Shown piece by piece: positions 31,929-64,000 of a stretch of DNA of 64,000 bases. The notes under the pieces are model-generated. The model was not told the origin of the DNA and made no database searches. It worked only from the letters and a program-made list of their open reading frames with translations. The stretch comes from Lytechinus pictus (Eukaryota). The stretch is from the NCBI RefSeq assembly GCF_037042905.1, contig NC_087251.1:26042001-26106000 (forward strand), in the 5' to 3' direction. The translations under genes were made by a program, and so were the position numbers. Position 1 is the stretch's first letter, and each line of letters opens with the position of its first letter.

Positions 31929-31999
31929 GTTGGGCGGGGTCCTTTCGACTTCCCATGTCGCAAACAGCTTCATGGGCACAGGTTTGCCCGTAGCATTCC
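31929..31999 (-). pseudogene. Inverted partial duplicate of PACS exon 1
   Basis: Reverse complement matches 36960-37030 at 68 of 71 nt; lacks the PACS start codon and splice donor. Confidence 0.88.
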
Positions 32000-32864
32000 A
32001 TGCTTTCTATTAGCAATCCGGTTTTAAAAAAAAAATCACCACCATGGTTACAGTCGTCAGCTGGGTATGCAACCGTTGTCTGTTCAATATAGTCAGAATT
32101 TGATTTGATTTAGATTTGAATTTTGATCTGATTTCTGCATTCATGATGAATATGCAACATAACATATACAAGGGTGATACATATTTAACAAAACAATAAT
32201 TTAATCGTCATGATATAAGCAAATGAAACATAAAATTAACAATGGTGCATTATTCACTTGACAGGAAAAAACTGACTTCAGAATACGGGCCTGATAGTTT
32301 AAAAACGAGCATATGGACCCCATATTTTAACACCCCTACACCTTCGCAATGCATTCCTCTACAATTTTGCCGAATTTGATGAAAATGACATGGATTTTGA
32401 ATAAAGTGCAGCTTTAACTCTACTTTTTTTCACGTCTTTTGAAGATTTTTTTTAAAGTTTATGCACCATTCTCGTCAACTCTAAATAGATATAGTTTGCC
32501 AACTAAAAGATATTCTCCTACTTTGGTATCTACTTAGTTACATATCCTGAAAGTTTGATGCGATATCGACAGAGTAAAGATGATTTAAAGTCATTTGGTG
32601 AATTCGTGAGGTCTAAGAGAGGCATAATTCAATTGCGCAACATTCCATATCATACAAATACAGTGACTTTGAAGTCCCGGAGAAAAAAATTAAGCACATG
32701 AACCTATATTATTTTTTGCATTTTCATAATGCATAGATACCAAAATAACTCTCTGCAAAATTTTGTGAAAATGACATGGACTTCATTTTAACTGCGGAAC
32801 GTCCTATGCGGTTTTTTTTTTTGGTCACGCATGTGTACAGCAGTATATTTGACTGCCCCCCGGG

Positions 32865-33800
32865 TTTAAAGATAGAATTGAGTTTAACAGAACCATAATT
32901 TGCCCAGACGACATAACAATATAATATATAAGGGAGGACTAACAAATTGTATGATAAGAATAAAGTTTTATGAGGAAGAATGAATTTTAACTTTGATCCC
33001 AATACTTTTTGAAACGCACATTGTAACATGAAATGTGTTGATTCCAAGTCAAATACTCATCTTTGATAACATCTACAAATTAAGAATGATTTTTCTGTTC
33101 TAGTGGGGTACCGTCAATATTAATGTAAATCGGTGTGTTAGTGTTATGGGAATGGTGTCTGAAATATATAAAATGTGTATTTATTTGTATTTAGGGAAAG
33201 TTTATTGGCTTTAAACCAGTTTGATACTTTATTAATTTCACGATTTACGATATTGTCTAATGAATGAAGGTCTTTATGAGCGTAAAATATATTGGTGTCG
33301 TCGGCAAATAAAACGTACAAAATAGAGGGGGTCTTAATAATGTCTTTAACAAAGAGTGAAAATTAAAGTGGACCTAAAATGGAACCTTGAGGGGCATCTC
33401 ACCGAACTAAAAAAAGAAAAGTGACATAGTGCCTCTGATTATTTTAGTAGTCTTTGAACTATTAGAGAGATTGACTTCGTAGTCCATAATGGTTTAGTTT
33501 GGAGAGTAAAATATCGTGGTTAAGTGTGTCAAATGCTTTACTAAGATCGCAAAAATGTAAATTACGTGTTCTTTGTTTGCTATGGCATTTGTTATTTTGT
33601 CATAATTTGAAGTGATGCTAAGTCTGTTGAATATTTTTTCCTGAAACCATATTTATTAGAATTTAGAATATTGTATTTGTTGGTAAATTTATAAAGCCTT
33701 GTGGAAACTATTTATTCTTGAACTTTGAATATTGTTGGAAATAGTAAGGAAATGGGACGGTAATTTTTTTTTTTTAACATTGACTAGAGAACGAGACATT
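32865..33800 (-). mobile_element. Degenerate CR1/L2-type LINE ORF2 (reverse transcriptase) relic
   Basis: Minus-strand motifs YRPISLL, PQGSILGPL, LFADDTNIF and LKFILPHKTLFLSYNLLVLPYILYCYVVW, interrupted by stops and frameshifts. Confidence 0.85.
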
Positions 33801-35196
33801 TCAAGCGCCAAGTACTAGAATCCTCATGAGTATGATATGTACCTGATGACACGGGCAGTGCGTGCGCGAAGCGCGAGTGGAATTTTATTTAGATTAAGTG
33901 ACCTGGAAGGTTTAAAATATTGCCAATCCTCCTCTTCTCATTTTCTTCAGTTTTCTTCCTCTTCTTTTTTGTATTTCGCTCTTTCCTTTTTCTTCTTTCC
34001 TCCTTTTTTCTCTCTTGTTTCCCCATTTCGACAGGGGCGCTTTGCCCCACTGAATCCGCCTATGTCTTTATATTACCCTTCCCTCGCTATATGTGTTACT
34101 GGATGACACTACAGCTCTTAGGCTCCCATGTTGAATATTGCTACCCCCCTCCCCCCCCCCCTCCACAAATGCATGTTAATTCTCTCCTTTCACGCCCATG
34201 CACCCTTTCAGTCCATCTTTTCCTTTTCTTTTCTTTCTTTCTTTCTCTCTCTCTCTCTTTCTTTCTTTTCTTCTTTGCGTCCTTCCTTCCTCCCCCTTTT
34301 GATAGCTCTTTTGTTTTAATTCTGAAACTTTCATGTAGGGGTGAGCTAGCCTCTTAATTATGTTCATATCTGTGTTAGAATTTTGTCAACGATTAGGATA
34401 TCAGGAATTTTATTTTTCATTGAGTAAAAGGTTGATTTCTTTTTTTGGACCGAATGTTTTAAATTCACCAAAAGTTTAATCTCTTAATTTGTCTTTGTCT
34501 TCAAGTAATATTTTTCGTCACCAATGCTATTTTAGATTTTCTAAAAAATAAAAAAAAATTAAAAAAAATCCCCAAATTTCCAAAATGTGGTGACGGAGAT
34601 TATCAAACGGAACGCCGGCTTATTTGCCTGTTGGTAACGTGAGATGGCGACATTGCATTTAGATCCATATTATGTTCAGATATTCTCATAATATGTTTTG
34701 TGGATTTTTAAATTTTCATTCACTAACTTGTGTGATTCTGAGTTTTGTCGCCCTGATATGAAGATGATTTCATTAATTTTGTTTTATATTACTTTGTATT
34801 TTGTTTGAATGGAAATGAAATAAGGAACGAAATTTAACTGAATTGCAGTAAATAACAAAATGGTGATATTTCTTTTATATGATTAGAAACAACAAATAGT
34901 GGAATTACATGTACTGAATTAAAAAAAATGGGGTAAGAGGGGAAGGCAAAAGATAATTTTTGTGGGGGAGAGGCGCATTTACTAGGCTTCAGATTTCAAT
35001 TTTTGGGGGCAACTAAGGGGGTGGGGTGGCCACGCTCCTGACTGGGGCCGGGACAAGTGACGCCCATGCTCTCTCCCCGACTCTGGTGATGTGCATTATG
35101 AGCTGATGATGTCATAAGCCATAAACTCATATATATTTATTTTTCTTTATTTTTATAATTTCTGAAGACATAAGAACAGGACATTCTGAGCACTCT

Positions 35197-35199
<3 letters not shown>

Positions 35200-35244
<45 letters not shown>

Positions 35245-35288
35245 TTTATATATATATATATGTATATATATATAATATATATATATAA
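35200..35288. repeat. (TA)n microsatellite
   Basis: Directly visible, with short interruptions. Confidence 0.95.
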
Positions 35289-36357
35289 CTGAATAATTAA
35301 TGCGAACTGGAAATTGTTATATAAAACCTGAAAAGTTTTGAAAACAGGACATTTAAGAATTTTTTGTTTTCTTAAAAAACATGATCTGCTGTACATCTCA
35401 CTTAATAAAAATAGGAGCGCAAAGTGCAAGCTTAATTTTGTTAGGGTGCTGGCTCGAACGGAATCTTATTACCCTAGCACTATTTGTAATCATAAACATT
35501 ATGTATAATCCACTAAACAATATCATGAAAATAATCTCGAAGCGCTAGCAGAACTAAATTGACTTGAAAATTAAATATTTTAAGCGCTTTTAAAGCGTTG
35601 AAAACTCAGTATGTTCCTCAATATGATCTAAACAGGCAATGAGAGTGCAATAAAGCACGAGTGGGTTTTTTTTTCCAAATATGGTAACTCATAAATGTTT
35701 GTATTTGACAATGCTTCCCCCGCCCTGCACTTTTGCCCTCCTTCTTCTTCATTTCTCTCATCTCCTCCCACTTTTCTTCTTCATTTCATTTGTGCCGCGA
35801 AAGAAGGGGGCAGCCGCTTCGCCCCTGGATCTGTCTGGATAAAATATGAGTATGAAGATCAGTGGTGTAATGAGCCAAATTTGAGCGGGCTAGATATGGT
35901 GTATTGCATAAAATTTATAAAAAGTTGGGAGCGAGTGATGCGAGCGAGCAAAAAATTTTACATTCACATATAAGAATCAAACTTTATGATATAGATTTAG
36001 ACACGATATTCAGAAGATACTAATTTTGTCCTTCTTTCTTTCATTTTTTCTTTTTGTTTCTTGGTCGTGATTTTTTTTTTTGGGGGGGGGCAAGAGCCCC
36101 CAAGCCACCCCCCCCCCCCCCACATCTGCATGCCACTGGTGGAGATGCATGAATCAGAGCAGTGGGGTACCAGAGCCTCGATCGTGGGGCAGCCTCATAA
36201 AAGAACGCTATTTGGGAATACAAACTAAAAAAAACGTATCTATATAGGTTTTACCCATGGAGATTAGTATATAATTGAAATTTGGGGCTAGAATAGATCC
36301 TCCCCCCCCCCCTCCCGCGGAAAAAAAAAGAAGTCTGCTCGAGCTCGAGGAAAACTG

Positions 36358-36667
36358 GGGCCGATTGCACGAAAGGGTCTTTGGAAGGACCGTCTTTCGT
36401 GTAGCCCATTTTATATGATGCGCCATGTGAAACGCATTTCAAATAAATTATCTGCAAACATATTTTATTTGTCCGTTAAAATAAACAAAATATTTGTTTA
36501 TAAAATGATGTATAACTCATGAAATTGTATAAAATTTGATTTAAAAGCAAGCTTATGAATTTTATTTGTTTATCATAAATTTCAGGAACACCCCGCTTAT
36601 AGCGCATCATAAAAGATGGGCGACACGAAAGACGGTCCTTTGAAAGACCCTTTCGTGCAATCGGCCC
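36358..36667. mobile_element. PIF/Harbinger-like MITE
   Basis: TIRs of about 65 bp starting GGGCCGATTGCACGAAAGGGTC; 3-bp duplication CTG on both sides. Confidence 0.85.
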
Positions 36668-36689
36668 CTGAACGTTTTTTTTTTCTCCA

Positions 36690-36934
36690 AATGACTCGTA
36701 CTCACGTTAGCGCTACGGATATCTATCTCTACGTACCGTACGTGCGTGGAGTTAATGCGTGCTGCACTAGCACTGATGTAGCGGCCGCGCATAGATTTCC
36801 AGAAGCGGGACGTTCCTGATTCCGGGACGTTTCACCCGTTTTTGCGACTTTATTGTTTTCCTAAGGACTTTATACTACCATGAAGCCCTGAGAAGTTAGC
36901 TGGAATATATTACAATCGATTAGTCGGATTTAAA

Positions 36935-36945
<11 letters not shown>
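36690..36945 (+). promoter_or_regulatory. Probable CpG-rich promoter/5' UTR of PACS
   Basis: Locally CpG-rich directly upstream of the ATG; AAAATGGCGG (YY1-like motif overlapping the start codon) at 36932-36941. Confidence 0.45.
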
Positions 36946-57199
<20,254 letters not shown>

Positions 57200-58547
57200 G
57201 TAGGACACAATTAATCCATTCTGCCACACAGTACTATCGGGGTCTGTTTCACAAAACCATCATAATTCTTAATAACTTCATGGTTCTCTCATGAATTCTC
57301 TAAAATGGTTTATGGATTTTCCAAGAAGTTGGATTTGTGATGGTTATACAGAACAGATCTCAGGACCAAAATTACACAATTCACTCTACCCATAAGGTCA
57401 GTAAAAGAAATCACACAATCATGCACCTAGACATGTGAACACGTATGTCATAGACCATAGCTGTCTACAGCAGTAACAGCACCCAAGAAATCATCAGGAA
57501 ATCATATATCAAGTTTTTGTACAACATTGGCATTCATATATACGACCTAAGCATAACGATCCCATGCAATTTCAAAATATGCATGGGACTGCCAAGATGC
57601 AGTGCAGGCATGCAATCTCAATATAGGTCTGCATTCCTTATTATTTATGGCTACTTGTTATCCTTGGCCAAGAGATGCCATGCAACTGCCGCTGTTAGGG
57701 CAATCCTAAGCAGGCAATATATATTCCTGTCCATCCACGATATGGGTCATCACTGATTGAACGAACCATGCTGTGATTGAATGCAATTTTCAAACCACAT
57801 TAAGTGACATTTTATTTTAAAAATTTGTACTGGTTTAAAATTGACCACTTAAACCTATAGGTGCTGACACTTGGTATGACTATGAGTACACTTTCTTGAT
57901 GTGAAAGTTGTACTTCTGGCAGCTAAATGCCATCAAATTAAAATCCAATTTGTGTTTTTCTTTATTTTCCTTTGAATTAGTCCCACTTATTTTCTTTTTA
58001 TTTCTAAAAGAAATTGGGAGAGAAACATAGTCTTTGATTTTTTTGGGGCAGTTTTTGTTTGTTTTAATTGCTACATTATCCCCTAGATTTTAAACTTTAT
58101 GTAAAAAAAAAATGTCTTTATTAGGTTTTTTTAGTTTTCATTATGCATGGAAATTTTTGTTTCATCATTCTGGGAATTTTAAGTGAATGTTTTAGTTTAA
58201 ACATCTTTTTAGCATTGAACAAAATAAACTGATGCAAAAAAGATAGCCACAGTGTATAAAGATTTTTTTTACCCTTTGTTCCTCATGTATTTTGAATATT
58301 TTAATTTTATTTATTTATTTTTTTTTTTTTTGGGGGGGGGGGGAGCAAAGCTGCAAAATTTTGTCACTTTGTCCCGAAAGGACTTTCATAAGTGTTCTTT
58401 CTTGTGCTGGAGATAGTAATTGGAAAAGGAGGTTTTCCCTTGGATCAATTAAGATGAAATTTGTAGTTGCAGGTGTGCTTGATGATGCAGTGAACTTGAT
58501 ACCAAAGTACAAGCTACTTGAAATGCCATCTCGGTTTCATTTCACAG

Positions 58548-58571
58548 ATTTAGTCGGTATGGATGGCTCAG
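58548..58571 (+). CDS. Candidate 24-nt PACS microexon
   Basis: Pyrimidine tract then cacag|ATTTAGTCGGTATGGATGGCTCAG|gtaatg; phase 1-1 and open in the frame left by exon 5 (DLVGMDGS). Confidence 0.45.
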
Positions 58572-61500
58572 GTAATGGACACCTGCGCTATTCAAGGTTA
58601 AAAGATATGGTTGCGGTGTCTTGCTGAAAAAAATGGGAGGTACTTCCCTTTAAAAGTGTTTCGCTAAAAGTCTTGCAATTATTTTACTGTTTTTTTTTTC
58701 GGGGGGAGTGGGCAATTCGCCCAAAGCCCCTGTGAATCTTTTCATTAATGGAGGTAGATATGTGTAGATGTGGATGGCTTTGTACAAAAGAAGAAAATGC
58801 ATTTGTATTTCTTTTAAATAAGATGAGTGGTGCAGATAGCTATTCATTTAACATCTTGTAAACTCTTGCATATAGAAGAGATTCTTAAAATAAGGAAAAA
58901 TTGAACAATATTAAATAATTGCTTCTATGAGTGATTTATTTTTTGCTTTCATGCACTTCCAAATGTCACTTTTTCCTAACAAACAATATTCACTTATCAT
59001 TAAATTCAAGATGAAGCCGCTCTCATGAACATGAACGAAACTGTTTAATTGTATTAGCCTTTAAAAGGAAAATCTGTACTTTCATTTACTCAATTGAGGT
59101 TTACATGCGGGGCTGTTGCCTCTGATTTTGTATGCATGCATTTCTTTTTAATGATACTTATAATTTATGAGTGCAAACCTATCCTTGGGGTATGAATATT
59201 ATTTTCCATTTATAGTACTTTATCATCACTTGATATCAGTGAAGACTACCGTACCAGCAGGATAACATGCATGGATGGGTGATCAGATTATACCTCGTGT
59301 AATAGTCAGTAAATAGTTTAATGGGGTAGTTCACCATGACATCAAGTTTATTTTACTATTAATACAGCACATGTGCTTAAACATCTTTGGATTAGTTCAT
59401 ACACAACTGTATATGACCAAAATCTTCTCAGCCATCTGATCTAAGATTTTCATTTATGTCCGACACTTCTTTCACTATTTCCCCATTTCTGTTAGCTCTT
59501 TCACCAACTAATGCATATTTCTCTAATTCTTGTTTGGTTCAGTTTACTTCAAAGTTATTTAAAAAAAACACCTAGAAATGAGTAAAATACTAAATACTTC
59601 AGATTTGTTTATAAGGAAGAATAATTTATGTTTAAAAGTGGATCAATACATGTATTTGATGTCAGAAGGAGGCTAAATATAGACAATTAGATCTAATTTA
59701 GTTACACATCAATTCTTTTACAGGATACCATGGTATAGTAGTGTAGTGGCCCACATAAACTTTTTATTTCCTTTTATTCTAGGAACTGGATTATAAAAAT
59801 TACAAAAGCTAGCTGGTATGAAATACTAGTATTTGGGGGAAACTAGAAAAAAAATTGTTATTGCAGTTACACATGAATAGCATTGGAGTTAGATTATTTG
59901 TAAGAGGAACTCCTGCCTGAATTAAAGCTACATGTACATGTAAAATATACATGTAATAGGCATTACCATGGTATTCTATCATATCAGGAAAATAAACCTC
60001 CGTAGTGCAAATCCTAATTTTGAAACAAGCTGTATAATGTGTATTGGCTTTGCTCATCCCCTTCATCTGCTCCTTCGGCTTGTATTTATTGATCTTATTT
60101 CTCAAAGGAAACTTCCCCTTTAAACAGCAACAAGGCATAAACTCTTCACATAAGTGCTATGTTTGATGTAGAATGTCCGTCATAAATATTTGAAACATTA
60201 ATTTTCACTTCTAGCAAATGAAACCATCCAAAAAATAATGTAAGTAAAAACTGCAGCTGCACTGGCCTGGCTGTCTGGCCTCTCTGCAGGTTTGGATGGG
60301 AGACTGGACGGGCGCGGACGGTAGCAATTTTCATGTTGGGAGTCGCTCGGTACTTGGCAGTTTTAGGCAGTCGCGAGAGCGATCCGAAAGCACACGAGAG
60401 CAGAATCGCTCTTCGCTCCCATCTAATTTCAACGCTGACTCACAAAATAATATACATACATGAAGTTCATTTCTGATGTTTTTGGTGATAATAATCATTT
60501 AACACATTGTTCATTAATTATTCAGTGCATTGACTCCATTGTATAATTCCAATCACTTTGAAACAACGTCTTCTACAACTCAATTTCCATGATCAGGGCC
60601 TCCCATAGGTGATAACAAAGCTTAGCAATGAATAGCAAATATGAAAGAACACTCCTGATTGGTTCCTGGTCAGTTTTTTTCGCCAAATTTGCATGTAAAA
60701 TTGATCTTGATAGGTCAGTTCATTTAGCGTTTGATCGCTTATCTTTGTGTTATGGAGCCCTGAACATATATTTCTTCAACAGTGAATATACATGTGTATG
60801 GTCTCCCGAAATTAAATTACAGTAAAATGAGACCTTACTCGGAGCCAGGAGCTGTTATCCAGCTCACCAGTTTTTTTATTTTGAGACAGTGCCGCAACCT
60901 TACAAGATGTGTCCCAAAAAAGAATTCACACGCTCCTTTTCTGCGCTGATTACTTCTGCCATAGGGCTCAACATATGCGGAAGCGTTTGCCGAGAGATTT
61001 ATATTACCTTCTGAGGGCTCTTTGCAAAGTTGAAAATGGATCTGGTGCAGTTATTAATGTTTCTTTTCACTTGAGATGAGAGCTTACTTGATCAAATCTG
61101 TGTAGATATAGAGGGGTGATTAATTCTGGATTATTTTTTTTGCATACAGAGATATTTATTCACTGCCTTATTAAACACTGATGGATGAATTACTCATTAA
61201 CAAACGTTTGCTTAATAGAGGAAGAGTAGTCAGAAATTATTTGGACAAACACAATACAAAATGGTACCCATGGACTGTTGCTTTATCAGCAAGGAAATCA
61301 TTTTGAGATGGGTTTTGAATTCAATTATCTTCATTTAATATACTGTAATTGCAGTAATGCCTATCCCATCCTCTACCTTATTAAAGGTTCTTGTAATTTA
61401 GCGATTTAAACTAATCGCATTTTGCAAATTAGTTGAGCAGAAGAACAAGGAACCTGCTCTAACAAAATTTGCAATCCTTATTAGTGCTTATTTTTATTGT

Positions 61501-63767
61501 ATTTCCTGTTCCTACTTTTCTAGTATTTTGACAGAATTTTAGTTGATAAAGTCATTCATTTCATATTGTGACTTCAGACATACATGTGATGCAATACAAT
61601 ACCATATCTAAATTTGATACATATGTTTGAGAGAAAGAATGCATTTCCTTTACTGGTTTCAAAGTGTTTAAATAGTTCCCTATTTATGTACCGGTATTTA
61701 AAAAAAGGAGTTTCCGTCTTTTTCTTTCTACATTTCTTGTTCCTCTCTTATTTTGATATTAAAAAGAAAAATTGTGAGAATTACTATAAAACAAATGTCA
61801 GCCCTTCTTCATTCTTAACTACAGGACAGTCCTGCAAGCCACCTCACAGAAATTATAATCCACCTCAGACAATTATAATGAACTCTTCTTAGTCTCTCTA
61901 AATGGCAGAGTTGAAACCTGAATTGATGTCCTGTTCTAGCATTCTAGCAATACATCGTACAGCTTATTCTGAAGATGATATATGACCCTGAGCGGCCGTT
62001 ATGACCCGTTCCTGTTTAGCTAAAGGTTTCTTCAAATGATCACTGTTTACATATCCAGCTGACATTTCTTCAGTGTGCCATGTATCATTCAGACATTCTC
62101 TTCCTGGGGGGAGTATATTCACACCTGCACAGTAAGGAAAAATAACCATCAATAACAAGAATTCATTCAGGCCCTGATAATTTCAGACATACATACCAAT
62201 CTAAAACAGATCAAGGATGCACTATATCTTTGCCCCACCTCCCATTCGGTATTTAACAGATTTTGTAATTTGCTTTCACGTTGCAAATGTCTCCGCATCC
62301 TTGGCTAATTCCCTGAGAAAGTTCTACTTGAAAAGGTACCTGTTTACCAAGTACTAACATATATTTCTCATGGAGATATTATAAGTCTTCACTTCCACTC
62401 TTGGAAGTAATTGGGGTCCATTTCAGTTACAACTATTTATAGTAACTTTACCGTTATGGAAACTACCTTGGTTTAATACAGGACTCAGCAGCCTGTCACA
62501 ATCAAGATTTCCATGGTAGATTCAATAATGACCAAGTTACTGAAGTTGAAAGTTTTTATGAGACAGGGCCTTGGTTTTCCAATCATAGTACGTTTCTGAT
62601 TTGGCAGGTGTGAATATGCCTCAAGTGTGTGTATTTTATCATTGTCCCACATTTCCACACTACCTTTCAAGAATATCTTAATATGCACAGACCTCATTGT
62701 TATGCATTCTTGATAAGTTTCACAAACGTTCTATTTGTGAATATATATACCTGTACTGATCAAGTGCTCCTAGGGTAAACTGTTTCCTCATCAGGAATCT
62801 GGAAATAAAAAAATATATTAGCAAAGGGAAAATAAATTGATTTTTGAAGAAAAAAATGTGGACACTCTCCAAAAATCATTACTTACATTACAGCAATTTA
62901 TGTGAACACTATGTTCAACAGAATTTTAACAAATCTCGAGCAATCTTTAGCTCCATGAACGTTCATGTACATGTAAACAAATAAAATCATAATCATTCAA
63001 CTCTTCAATAGTGTTCTGTCATTCAGCCCTCTAAATCAACTTCACATTACACTGAATATGTGGGTAAACACTAGACAACAAGCTTGCCTAGATCATATTC
63101 ATTAGCAAAAACTTCTTAATAAATATTGATCCAGATCTATGCCACCTTCTTATTATAATAACCATCGGAGGTCATCCCTGTCCATTCTTCTTGCTTCCTG
63201 ATCCATCAAATTACACAGGTCCTCCAAGTGAATTAGTCCGACCAATTTCCTCAAATTAATGTTAGAGCACGCTACAATGCATCCATACCCATGCATGGGG
63301 ATGCAGTCAGCTCGAGATCCTAATTACTATAGAAGGTAGGATTGATTGCTGGGAGAATCGACCGCGGCCATTAGATCTCCATTGACAGAGACCTCTCTGT
63401 GCTAATTGACGTCAATTGTTTTCACCGCAATCAGATGGATAAGGATTCCATGTAGATCTGTGAGCAAATATGGAAGTATTTGTTTCTCGGCATAGTTATA
63501 AGGTTTTATAACTTGCATGCAGATTTGTTTGCAAAGCCCTCTCAGAGATCCCTTGAATTGCATTCCTCTATTCTCTATCTTAAAGAAGAAGCATCGGTGA
63601 TGGAAAGTCAGTCTGCATTCTCACTTCTAGAATAACCTCTGCATTTTAACACTATGTAACCCCCTTTTTCTATTGTCTGATTCAATTTTAGATGTAATGG
63701 TGCATAGGAGCAAAGGTTCATTTGCCATCAATATTTATGAAAAAGAAATTGTTTACAACTTAAGAGC

Positions 63768-63970
63768 GGTTCCATGACATTAGCTCCGGCCACAATTACT
63801 CCGCTCTAAATTTCACACACTAATCAAATGACCAACTTCAATCCTGGGTTTAACACTATTCCCTACCCTAACCCTAAACCTGATGTAAAACCCTATTTGA
63901 AACCCAAACCCTACATCTTAGACGAAATAAAGCCTGAAGCAATTGTTGCAGGAACAAATGTTGTGTCACC
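63768..63970 (-). repeat. Second copy of the TTAGGG-like interspersed repeat
   Basis: Reverse complement of 17392-17615; contains ccctaccctaaccctaaacc. Confidence 0.7.
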
Positions 63971-64000
63971 TACAGAACACTCCGGGACCAAATATCATTG

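Noticed and set aside
58292..58627. 111-aa ORF as a full PACS exon
   Set aside because: No PACS-like sequence over its length; only the internal 24 nt bounded by good splice sites is kept as a candidate.

Overview
AT-rich, intron-containing animal genomic DNA. The repeat repertoire suggests an invertebrate deuterostome such as a sea urchin, but this is an inference. The window holds two intact, tandem, 5-exon minus-strand paralogues of a single-domain glycoside hydrolase family 1 enzyme (lactase-phlorizin hydrolase/beta-glucosidase-like; about 6.6-12.6 kb and 18.2-25.7 kb). Both have a signal peptide, both catalytic glutamates and a GPI-like C-terminus. Divergently on the plus strand are the first five coding exons of a PACS1/PACS2-family gene (36.9-57.2 kb, continuing past the window). 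The rest is dense with non-autonomous DNA transposons (Transib-, piggyBac-, Kolobok-, Harbinger-, CACTA- and Helentron-like), a tRNA-derived SINE, two LINE relics and tandem arrays. Most notable: (1) a 1.25-kb element with RSS-like CACAGTG ends and a 5-bp GC-rich target duplication; (2) strong enrichment of TACATGTA/TAGGCCTA octamers resembling TA-site excision footprints; (3) a candidate 24-nt frame-preserving PACS microexon; (4) an inverted 71-bp copy of PACS exon 1; (5) upstream GATA/Fox-site blocks conserved between the two GH1 paralogues. All coordinates and counts were read by eye.
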